The position numbers and the translations under genes were made by a program. Shown piece by piece: positions 7,645 to 16,700 of a DNA stretch of 25,039 nucleotides. How positions within the stretch are numbered: the stretch's first letter is position 1; each line of letters starts with the position of its first letter. The stretch is taken from IMG/VR virus record IMGVR_UViG_3300037467_001706, positions 1 to 25,039 of that record, one strand, 5' to 3'. The notes beneath the pieces were generated by a model. That model saw only the letters and a list, made by a program, of their open reading frames with translations, was not told the origin of the DNA and did no database searches. The DNA is from a virus. Taxonomy: Duplodnaviria > Caudoviricetes.

Positions 7645-8886
7645 ATGCTGTTCTCCCGGCTCAGTTCCCGGCGCGTGAGCCGGATCAACGCCACCCCCGG
7701 CAACCCCACCTTCTCCCGCCCCTCCGCCGCGAACGACCCCTACACGGGGGCTTCCGTGGCTTCCGGCGCGCCCCGCTTCCCGGGCATCGCCGGGAGCGTG
7801 GGGGTGATGGTGGAGGAGGGGACGACGAACCTGGTCCTGTGGTCGCAGGACTTCATAAATGGCTTCTGGATCAAGTCGGGCACCACCCTGACGACCGGAC
7901 TCGCGGCGCCGGATGGGACGCCAACCGCCACCGGGTTCAGCTTCGCCTCGGGCTCCAATTTCATCTATCAGAACGTCAACGTGACGGCCGGAACGACTTA
8001 CACCTTCTCGTTCTTCGCCAAGAACAACGGCGGGACCGGCTCGTTTCACGCCGTCTACAACAACACCGGCGCGGCCTTCATCACGGGCCCTACGGACTTC
8101 TCGGCGCAGATCAACGCCGCTGCATGGTCGCGTGTCTCGGTCACATTCACCGCCCCGGCCGGTTGCACGCAGGTCCGCGTGTATCTGACCGCAAACTCGG
8201 CCGCGACGGCCAACTTCATCGTGTGGGGCGCCCAGCTAGAGGCCAAGGCGTACCTCACGGCCCATATCCCCACCACCTCGGCCACCGCCACCCGCTCCCC
8301 CGAGACCCTGACCATCCCCACGGCCAACGTGCTGAACCCGAGCCAGGGGACGATCATCGTGCGGGCGTATGTGGACGGGGATATCCTCAAAACCAACCCG
8401 TCCGCCGCGCACTACATCTTCTACTACGGCGGCAACCCGTGGAACCGCGTCATCGCCCGGTTTGATACGGGCGGGACGATCCTCGCGGGCACGGTCAACG
8501 GGTCCGGCACGGCCACCGTCGTCAACGCGCCGCTGCCCCTCTCGAGGGGCTGGCACACGATTGGCCTGCGCTGGTCGGTCTCCGGCGTCGCCATCTTCGT
8601 GGACGGGGTCAAGAAGGACTCCAAGCCCAGCGGCACGCCGCCCGACGTGGCGGGTTCGACGCTGTATCTGGGCTGCGACGACGCGGGCACTACCCAGCTC
8701 GGCCAGCCCATCGACGCCCTCCGCATCTCCTCAGTGGCCATCTCCGACGCCGAGATGGCCCAGGCGACGGCGGGCATCCTTGCCAACGTCCGCGGCCAGA
8801 CCTACGCCCTCGACTTCGATTCCACACTCCAGCAGTACGGCCGGCCCCTCACGCTGCCCGACCGCTTCGCCCTCGGGCTCTTGTAG
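7645..8886 (+). CDS. Head-spike/fibre-like protein with carbohydrate-binding (CBM-like) and LamG/ConA-like domains
   Basis: TFSRPSAA...GAPRF...GVMVEEGTTNL N-terminus; VTAGTTYTFSFFAK...WSRVSVTFTAP...WGAQLE CBM-like segment; GWHTIGLRW...IFVDG...IDALRISSVAISDAEM LamG-like C-terminus. Confidence 0.75.
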   Translation: MLFSRLSSRRVSRINATPGNPTFSRPSAANDPYTGASVASGAPRFPGIAGSVGVMVEEGTTNLVLWSQDFINGFWIKSGTTLTTGLAAPDGTPTATGFSFASGSNFIYQNVNVTAGTTYTFSFFAKNNGGTGSFHAVYNNTGAAFITGPTDFSAQINAAAWSRVSVTFTAPAGCTQVRVYLTANSAATANFIVWGAQLEAKAYLTAHIPTTSATATRSPETLTIPTANVLNPSQGTIIVRAYVDGDILKTNPSAAHYIFYYGGNPWNRVIARFDTGGTILAGTVNGSGTATVVNAPLPLSRGWHTIGLRWSVSGVAIFVDGVKKDSKPSGTPPDVAGSTLYLGCDDAGTTQLGQPIDALRISSVAISDAEMAQATAGILANVRGQTYALDFDSTLQQYGRPLTLPDRFALGLL

Positions 8887-8895
8887 GAGGCACCG

Positions 8896-9519
8896 ATGAC
8901 CCTGACCGAACTGCTCGCCCAGTGCCGGGTCTTCCTGCAAGACCCATCTGCCACCCGCTGGAGCGACGCCGAGCTGACCCAGTGGCTCAACGAGGCCCAG
9001 GACGACTTCGCCGACCGCACCAAGGTCAACCGCACCACGGCGACCCTCTCGGTGGCCGCCACGACCCCGGCGAACGCGTTCTACACGCTGCCCGCGGACC
9101 TGCTCTCGCTGGAGCGGGTCACGCGCAACGGCGAGGCGCTGGATCTCACCTCGATCGAGTCCTTCTTCTGGGAGGGCTGGGAGGCCGAGACCGGCACGCC
9201 TTACCAGTACATCTACGGCCCCTACGGCTTCTACGCCCTGCGGGTCTATCCCTACCCGGCCGCGCCGGCCTCGCTGACGGCCTACTACGCCAAGCAGCTG
9301 CCCAGGCTCTCGAGCGGGACCGACTCCCCCTCGCCCATCCCCGCGCCCTACCACATCGCGCTGGTCCACTACGCGCTCGCCAAGGCCTACGCCAAGGACT
9401 TCGAGTACAAGGAGCCGGTCAAGGTGCAGGACCACGGCGCGCAGTATGCCGACTACGTGACCCGCTGCGTCGGCAACATGCCCTCCGGCTCGCTGACCAT
9501 CCCCTACCGCCACCTGTGA
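8896..9519 (+). CDS. Head-tail adaptor protein (putative)
   Basis: MTLTELL...RWSDAELTQWLNEAQ...YTLPADLL...LRVYPYP...YHIALVHYA pattern. RBS AGGAGG. Confidence 0.8.
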   Translation: MTLTELLAQCRVFLQDPSATRWSDAELTQWLNEAQDDFADRTKVNRTTATLSVAATTPANAFYTLPADLLSLERVTRNGEALDLTSIESFFWEGWEAETGTPYQYIYGPYGFYALRVYPYPAAPASLTAYYAKQLPRLSSGTDSPSPIPAPYHIALVHYALAKAYAKDFEYKEPVKVQDHGAQYADYVTRCVGNMPSGSLTIPYRHL

Positions 9520-9526
9520 GGTTCCA

Positions 9527-11218
9527 ATGCCCAAGCCCTTCGAAGTATCGGTCGGCCCCTTCCTGAAGGGCATGAACACGCTGCTCTCGCCCCACCTGGT
9601 GCCCCCCGACGAGGCGCAGTACGCCTCCAATATCGACGTGTCGGCCGGGACGCTCCGGGCCATCTACAAGGCGGCCCCAGTCTCCGCCCTCGCCGCCGCC
9701 GCCTACCGCAGCCTGCACTACATGGCCGACGGGACCTGGAAGGGCACCACGGGGTTCGACGCCTACGTCGACGCCCCCGACGCCTCTGGCAACCGCGTCA
9801 CCTACTACACGGACGTGAGCGGTGGCTACCAGGTCCGCCAGATGCTCTCCAACGGCAAGGCTTACAAGCTCGGCCTTGCTGCCCCCGCGGGCTCCCCTGC
9901 CGTCTCGGGCGGGTCCGGCGGCGCGTGCTTCTACGCGATCACCTTCTACGACCCCGACACCGGCCAGGAGTCCAACCCGCAGTTCGTCGCGGGCTCAGCC
10001 GCTGGCCCCACGGGCGCCGCGCTCTCGGCCATTCCGACCTATAGCACCACCGGCGACACGAACCGCACGAACGTCCAGCGGCGCATCTACCGCACGGAGG
10101 CCGGCGCGAGTACGTTCTTCTACTACGTCGGCGCCATCGCCAACAACACGACCACGACCTACACGGACTCCGGCTCGAGCCTGAACAAGCAGGCGCCGCT
10201 GAACTGGGCCTCGGGCGGCAACCTCTCGAACACGGTCTACCCGCTCGACCACGCCGAGGCGCCCCTGCTGACCTGCCTGGCGGATTCGTTCTACCTGCCC
10301 GGCGGCGTCCAGGGCTCGGGCGGCCTGGGCATCCTGTTCGGCGCGACGAACAACGTGCTGCGCTGGAGTTCGAAGGACTCGCCCGGCTACTGGCCCTCCG
10401 TGAACCAGTACCGCGTCAACGCGCCCGGCATCAACGCCATCGTGATCAGCGGGCCGCAGGCCTTCCTGTTCTGCGAGAACGACGTCTTCGCGGTGACGGG
10501 CTCGGACGAGACCTCCCTGACCATCGCGCGCACGAACGCGCCCTACGGCGTCAAGTACGTCCACCAGAACACCGTCGCCCGCACGCCCTACGGGATCGTC
10601 TTCCTCTCCCGCGAGGGGCTCGCGCTCTTCGACGGCTCGAACGTCCAGATCCTCTCGCGCGGCCTGCTCGACCAGGCCACCCTGAAATCCTACGACGCGT
10701 TCGGCTGGGCCAGCGGCCAGTACGTCGACGGCTACTATTACCTGCACTTCGGCAACACGACCGACGGATCCGCCGGGCTGCGCTTCGACCTGCGGGACCT
10801 CTCGAGCGTCAAGATGATCGTGGTCGAGTCCTTCTCCGCCTGCACGCTGACCAGCTACCCCGACCAGGCCGGCGCGCTCTACGTCGTGAACGAGACCGGC
10901 GCCGTCAAGCGCATCCGGCCCTCCGACGGCGGGGCGAGCGGCGCCGAGAAGGCGGTCTGGGGCTGGATCAGCGGGGCGATCAAGGCGGGCAACTCGCTGC
11001 ACCAGGTCCGGCCGGGCCGCTTCATCCTCGACGCGACCGGGACCGTCTCCGTGCAGTTCACGAAGGACTCGGATTCCTCGCCGTTCTGGACGACATCCGC
11101 GTCCGGCCGCTTCCCGATCGTCTCGGCAACCCACCTCTACGTGACCATCCAGTCGTCTGACGGGACCGGCGAGGTGCGCGGATTCCGCATCACGGGGGAC
11201 GTGACCGATGGCACTTAA
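9527..11218 (+). CDS. Tail nozzle/stabilisation protein (putative beta-propeller)
   Basis: Follows the adaptor. FLKGMN...P.EAQYASNID start, LRWS...PGYWP, and GIVFLSREGLALFDG repeats. Confidence 0.7.
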   Translation: MPKPFEVSVGPFLKGMNTLLSPHLVPPDEAQYASNIDVSAGTLRAIYKAAPVSALAAAAYRSLHYMADGTWKGTTGFDAYVDAPDASGNRVTYYTDVSGGYQVRQMLSNGKAYKLGLAAPAGSPAVSGGSGGACFYAITFYDPDTGQESNPQFVAGSAAGPTGAALSAIPTYSTTGDTNRTNVQRRIYRTEAGASTFFYYVGAIANNTTTTYTDSGSSLNKQAPLNWASGGNLSNTVYPLDHAEAPLLTCLADSFYLPGGVQGSGGLGILFGATNNVLRWSSKDSPGYWPSVNQYRVNAPGINAIVISGPQAFLFCENDVFAVTGSDETSLTIARTNAPYGVKYVHQNTVARTPYGIVFLSREGLALFDGSNVQILSRGLLDQATLKSYDAFGWASGQYVDGYYYLHFGNTTDGSAGLRFDLRDLSSVKMIVVESFSACTLTSYPDQAGALYVVNETGAVKRIRPSDGGASGAEKAVWGWISGAIKAGNSLHQVRPGRFILDATGTVSVQFTKDSDSSPFWTTSASGRFPIVSATHLYVTIQSSDGTGEVRGFRITGDVTDGT

Positions 11219-11750
11219 CCTCCGTAAGTACGTCTCGACCCTCTGGCAGAACCTGCCCTTCGGCAAGGAGCGCGACGCCTTCCAGGAGCTCGACCGCCAC
11301 ATCCAGGCCCTTGCGAAGGACGTGGCCGCGCTGTCCTTCGCGCCCTCGCTCTTCTCGGTCTATCTCAACACCACGCCGCCCGCCTCGACCAACCAGAAGG
11401 TCAGCTTCGACAAGGTGGTCTTCGACGCGCTCGGCGAGTTCTCGGGCGGGACCTTCAGGCCCCAGGCCGCGGGCACCTACGTCTTCACCGGATCGGCCTG
11501 GTTCAACTCGGTGACGGTCGGCAACTACCTCTCGGTCTACCTCAAGGTCACGTCGGGCGGGGCCACGACCACCGTCACGCTCGCCTTCCAGGCGCCGGGC
11601 CGCGCGGGCGGCGCGCAGGTCACGGGCATGAGCCCGCCCATCAAGCTCGCCGCAGGCGACGTAGTGGAGATGTGGGTCAACTCGAGCGCCGCCTACTCCC
11701 TCGCTACCGGCCAGGATTCCACCTGGTTCGGCGGCCACCGCATCGCGTAA
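11208..11750 (+). CDS. C1q-like domain tail fibre/spike protein
   Basis: FSVYL...KVSFDKVVFD...FRPQAAGTYVFTG...KLAAGDVVEMWV...STWFGGHRI resembles the gC1q/TNF-like beta-sandwich pattern. Confidence 0.7.
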   Translation: MALNLRKYVSTLWQNLPFGKERDAFQELDRHIQALAKDVAALSFAPSLFSVYLNTTPPASTNQKVSFDKVVFDALGEFSGGTFRPQAAGTYVFTGSAWFNSVTVGNYLSVYLKVTSGGATTTVTLAFQAPGRAGGAQVTGMSPPIKLAAGDVVEMWVNSSAAYSLATGQDSTWFGGHRIA

Positions 11751-11765
11751 CGAAAGGACGGCAAT

Positions 11766-12956
11766 ATGGGACTCTTCGACGGAGACTGGGGCAAGCTCTA
11801 CCAGATGGGCTACGACGCGACCGAGGGCCTGACGCCCGACGAGTGGCTGGCAAGGCGCGCCGCTTCCGCTGTCAACCTCGGCCTCGGGAGCCTGGGCGGC
11901 CTGCCATCCACGGGCCTGCCGGCGCTGCCCGGCGACCCGCTGCACGCCCCTCCGGTCAGCCGCTTCAGCCCGGCCGTGATCGCCGCCAACGGCCAGAAGG
12001 CCGTCGAAAACGAGCAGGCCTCGGGCGGCGGGCTGCTCAAGGGGATGACCACGGGATCGGCCTCGGGCGGCGGTGGCGCCACCGCGCCGACCACGGCAAC
12101 CAACCCGGCCGCGGCCATCCAGGCGGCGACCGCGCCCCCGGCGGCGGGCGCCGGGCTGATGGGCGGCCTGGCCTCGAGCGGCGACGCGGCGGCCCGGCTC
12201 GCCAGGCTGAGCGCCGAGATCGACGCGCTGCAGAACCCCTACGACACCAACTCGGACGCCTTCAAGCATATGCTCCAGGCCTCGGACGACCGCGCCACGC
12301 TGGCCTATAACCAGGCGCTCGCGGCGCGCGCACTCCAGGGGGCAGGCGGCCTGATGGGCGGGCTCGGGATGGGCGGCGCGGCGGCCGACAACCTGCGGGC
12401 CGGCTACCTGCAGGCCCATATGCAGGGCCAGGACAACCTCTACCAGGACGCCTACAAGGGTGCGGACAACTTCAACCGCTGGAAGACGGAGCAGAAGCGC
12501 GGCCTGCTCAGCGACTCCTACAACATCGACCAGGCCATCGAGAACCGGCGGCGCTACGACCAGGAGTGGATCAACTCCCAGCAGCAGCAGTCCAACCAGC
12601 AACTCTCGAGTCTGCTGGGCAACGTCGCCTCGCTGGGTGTGATGGGCGCCTCGCTCTACGCCGGGCACCCGGAGATCGGGCTCGCCGCGGCCCCTGCGGC
12701 CGGCGCCGCCGTGAGCGGCCTGACGGCTCCCAGAATCGCCCCCTCGGCGGGGCTCTCGGCCTACGCGCCCTCGACCCTGCCGACCTACTCGCCGATGGCC
12801 ACGCCCTCGACCGCCGGCCAGGGACTCTACGGCCAGGCCCGCTCGGCCATCACGGGCCAGCCGAACGCGGCGCCCCGCCTGGGCTACTCTTCGATTCTGC
12901 CCTCGGCCTCCAGGCTGCCGACGCTGGGCTTCCCCAAGTACAAGATGGGAGGTTGA
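11766..12956 (+). CDS. Putative DNA ejection (internal virion) protein 1
   Basis: Gly/Ala/Gln-rich with glycine-zipper-like hydrophobic segments. Located after the tail genes. RBS AAAGGA. Confidence 0.65.
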   Translation: MGLFDGDWGKLYQMGYDATEGLTPDEWLARRAASAVNLGLGSLGGLPSTGLPALPGDPLHAPPVSRFSPAVIAANGQKAVENEQASGGGLLKGMTTGSASGGGGATAPTTATNPAAAIQAATAPPAAGAGLMGGLASSGDAAARLARLSAEIDALQNPYDTNSDAFKHMLQASDDRATLAYNQALAARALQGAGGLMGGLGMGGAAADNLRAGYLQAHMQGQDNLYQDAYKGADNFNRWKTEQKRGLLSDSYNIDQAIENRRRYDQEWINSQQQQSNQQLSSLLGNVASLGVMGASLYAGHPEIGLAAAPAAGAAVSGLTAPRIAPSAGLSAYAPSTLPTYSPMATPSTAGQGLYGQARSAITGQPNAAPRLGYSSILPSASRLPTLGFPKYKMGG

Positions 12957-12957
12957 T

Positions 12958-13791
12958 ATGGGACTCCTCGACATCCTCAACGCCGCCTCGGGCGCCGCGC
13001 TCCAGGGCGCCAACACCTACCAGCAGATGCAGACCCAGCAGGAGACCCGCCAGCGCCAGGCCAGGCAGGACGCGCTCGATCGGGCCGATCTCGCGATGAA
13101 GCTCGGCGATGGCAAGGGCCTGATGGGTGCCTTGCAGGCGTCCGGTCTGAACGTCGACCCCACGACCTACCTCCAACAGCAGCAGGAGAGCCATCGCGCC
13201 CAGATCGCCTCCCGCAACTCGGAGATGCTCGGCAAGCTCTCGACCGCGGTTAAGGCCGGCACGCTCGACCCCGCCCGGGCCGAGCGCATCTATCGCCAGT
13301 ACGACGCCGCCTATAGGGGCGCGGTCCCACTGTTCGCCAAGCCCGGCCCCGCCCCGCTGACCGAGGCCCAGCGCATCGCCCACGAGGACCGCCAGGCGGC
13401 GCTCGCGCAGTCCGCGGATCTCGCCAGGATGCATATGTCGCTCGCCCAGTCGATGCACGCCGATTCGATGGCGCACCGGGGCGAGGGCCGCGCCAAGACC
13501 CGGCTCGTCCAGAACCCGGACGGCACCTGGGTCGAGGTCCAGGCCGGCGACAAGACCGCGCCGCCGAGCAAGACCGCCAAGAAGTTCGACTCCGCCGCCG
13601 CGATGCGCGAGGCCGAGCTCGAGGCCGCCCAGGCCACCGGCGTCGACCCCAAGAAGCCCCTCGGCGACAAGACGGCCTTTTATAAGGCCAAGGCCGAGAT
13701 CTACGCCCAGAAGAAGCGACAGGCCGCCCAGCCGGCCGGCGCCAAGAGCGCGGCGGACGCCTTCTTCGAGCAGCTGTCCAAGATGAAGTAG
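12958..13791 (+). CDS. Putative DNA ejection protein 2
   Basis: MGLLDILNAASGAALQG start followed by a Gln/Arg coiled coil. RBS GGGAGG. Confidence 0.65.
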   Translation: MGLLDILNAASGAALQGANTYQQMQTQQETRQRQARQDALDRADLAMKLGDGKGLMGALQASGLNVDPTTYLQQQQESHRAQIASRNSEMLGKLSTAVKAGTLDPARAERIYRQYDAAYRGAVPLFAKPGPAPLTEAQRIAHEDRQAALAQSADLARMHMSLAQSMHADSMAHRGEGRAKTRLVQNPDGTWVEVQAGDKTAPPSKTAKKFDSAAAMREAELEAAQATGVDPKKPLGDKTAFYKAKAEIYAQKKRQAAQPAGAKSAADAFFEQLSKMK

Positions 13792-16700
13792 GTGAGCGAG
13801 ATGCCCGATCAGACCTGGGACGAGATCACGAGCGACCCCCGCTGGGCCTCGCTCGACCACAAGATGCAGGTGAAGGCCCGCGCGCTCTACGCCAAGACCC
13901 TGGGGCAGGCCCAGGGCAAGGCCGCCCGCGCCGCCTTCCTGCAGGAGTACGCCATCAACACCAAGCCCACCCAGGCCGCCGAGGCCTCGCAGGGCTTCGC
14001 CAAGGATTTCGGCCAGGGCCTCGCCCAGAACGCCAAGAACCTGGCGCTCGGCGCCGCCCAGTCCGTGCTGGACGAGGGGCCCTCCGGCCTTGCGCGCCGG
14101 GCCTCCCAGCGGGTCGCGGACGCCGTCGTGGACAACACGGTTGGCAAGGCGATGGGCTGGCCGAAGTCCGAGCAGACCCGCCGGGCGATGGGCCAACCCG
14201 CCCACGGCCGCCTGATCCCGCCCGATGCCGTGGAGCCCGGAGTCGCCGCCGTGGCCGGCAAGCTGCTCGGCGGCGCGGCCGATCCGGCTTACGCGCTGAT
14301 GCCCGCGGCGAAGCTCGCCAAGCCCGCCGCCAGCGTCGCCCAGGCGGCCCTGCGCGGCGCCCTCAGGACCGCCCCCGTGGTGGGCGCCATCGGCGGCGCG
14401 ACCTACGCCGGCAACCAGCTGGCCGACCAACAGGCGATCAACCCGGGCGACCTGGCGCTCAACGCCGCCATCTCGGCCGGCCTGGGTGGGGCCATCGGCG
14501 GCCTCGCCGGTGGCCTGGGCGCCCATCTGGCCAAGCCCGCCCCGGCGCCCGCGGCACCCGCTCGTGGCCTCGCCGGCCTGCTGCCCGAGCCCAAGGCGCC
14601 CCTGATGCTGCCGGCCAAGACCTCCGGCCCCGTGCTGCCTTCGGACGGCACGGTCATCCACGCCGAGCCCGTCACCAAGCCTTTCCAGTCTTACGGTCCG
14701 GTCCACCCCAACGCGATCCGCCTGGCCGAGCGGGACGCCGCGAACAAGGCGCTGGCTCAGCAGTTCCAGGGCTACACGCTCGACGACCTGCTCGAGCGCA
14801 ACGCCCTCATGATGAACCAGAAGTCCGCCGCCCCGGTCTACGCCGAGGCGCAGTACTCCGCGCCCATCGGACCCGAGGTTGCCAAGCCCGCCCCGGCCAA
14901 CCCCGCCCTCTACGGACCGGACGACTTCAAGGAGATGTCCGATCTCCTGATGAAGCAGGGAAAAGCGCAGGCCCCCGCGGCGCCCACGGAAGCCGCCGGG
15001 GGCACCACGGCCACCCCGACGACCGGCACACCCAATAAGCCCCCGCGACTGGCCGCGCTCGCCGACGCGCTCGAGGCCAAGGGCCAGGCGATCCTCAAGG
15101 AGTCCTCGGGTCGGCTGCACACCGGCATCGATACGGACGTCCTGACGGGGCACGCCCACGTCCTCGCGGCCAAGATGCTCCGCGGCTACCAGTCCTTCGT
15201 GGAGTGGTGGCACGAGATGGCCCAGCGCTACGGCGAGGGGCGCTTCTCCTACGACCAGCTCTGGAAGACCTACGAGTACGCCCAGCACCTCGCGGATCCC
15301 GAGACCCACCTCAATCCCCACGCGCCGCCCAAGGCCTTCGATGTGGAAGGCGCCAAGGCTCGCGCAGTGGCCGACCTGGAGAAGCGCCGGGCCGCCGGGG
15401 ACCCCTATCTGACGGCCGAGGACGCGGCGAAAGCCCAGGCCGAGGCGGCCCACCAGAAGGCGCTGGAGGATGCCGCCAACCACGGCCGACCCTACGCGCC
15501 AGAGGGCGGCCCCGGCGGTCGCTACCTGACGGCCGACGTCGAGGGCTTCACGCACTCGAAGGGCTCGGTCTTCCGCAAGGCCACGCCCGATGAGGTCGCC
15601 CGCCATCGCCGGGACCAGGAGCACATGCGTCGACTGGAGGACTACGACGAGAACGCGCTGGAGGAGCGCGTCCGGCTGCCGCATCTGGGCGACAAGCCCC
15701 GCGTGGTGGCCAGCAGGCCCTACCCGCGCGAGGACCTCGGCGAGCCCCAGGGCTCGACCTTCCGCCGTCTGCTGACGGACGAGACCGGCGCGCTCGACCT
15801 GGGCGCGCTCAACGGCCAGGCCGGCCGCCAGGCGCGCGAGACCCTCGGCCGGGCCGCGGGTCAGAGTCTCGACGCCGCGCTCTCGGGGGCGGACCTGGCC
15901 GGGCGCCCCCTGCGGGCGGCGGATCAGGCGGTCGAGGGTATTCTCGACAAGACCCTCGCCAAGCCCGTCGGCGCCCTCGCCCGCGGCGTGGTCAAGGGCA
16001 AGGACGCCCTCAAGGCCCGGATGCGGCAGAACCCGGTCGGCGAGTTCTTCCTTTCGACGGACACCCCCGGCGAGTACAAGGACATGGTCGCCCAGGTGGC
16101 CGCGAGGACCGCCAAGGACACCGAGGCGCTCGTCCAGGAGGCCCGCCGGCTGGAGGAAGCGGGTGTCGACCAGGCCAAGCTCTACGAGACGGTGACGGAT
16201 CGCGCCCAGACCACGCCCGAGGCCGAGGCGGTCCGCGCCAAGACCACCCCGATCTCCCGCGAGCTGCGCGACCTCGGCGCGCTGACCCCGGAACAGTTCA
16301 AGGCCTGGGAGGACCAATACCTCCCGCGCACCTACCTCAACAAGAACGGCCCGCTCGGCGCGATCTACCGCCAGGCCAAGGCCACGCTCAAGGGCTCGCT
16401 GCACCGCGGCAAGGCGCTCGACCTCGACGCCAGGACGGTCGAGATGTTCAACCGCGACTGGCGCAAGGTCGGCGAGACCCCTTCGGGCCAGGTGATCGTG
16501 CGCGATGCGGCGAGCGGCATCGAGCGGACGGTCTCCCGGCGCAACGCCGGCAACTACCTGGGCACCTGGAAGATCCTCCAAGCCAAGGGCGGCGGCCGCG
16601 TGCGGGCCTGGCGCGACTGGACGGCCGAGGAGCGCGCCCGGATGGGCGAGGTCAAGGACGTCTCCGTGGCGCTGCGCAAGATGGCCCAGCAGTCCTACCG

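Noticed and set aside
7645-11750. Diversity-generating retroelement targeting the fibre genes
   Set aside because: No reverse transcriptase and no adenine-variant TR/VR repeat pair seen in this window.
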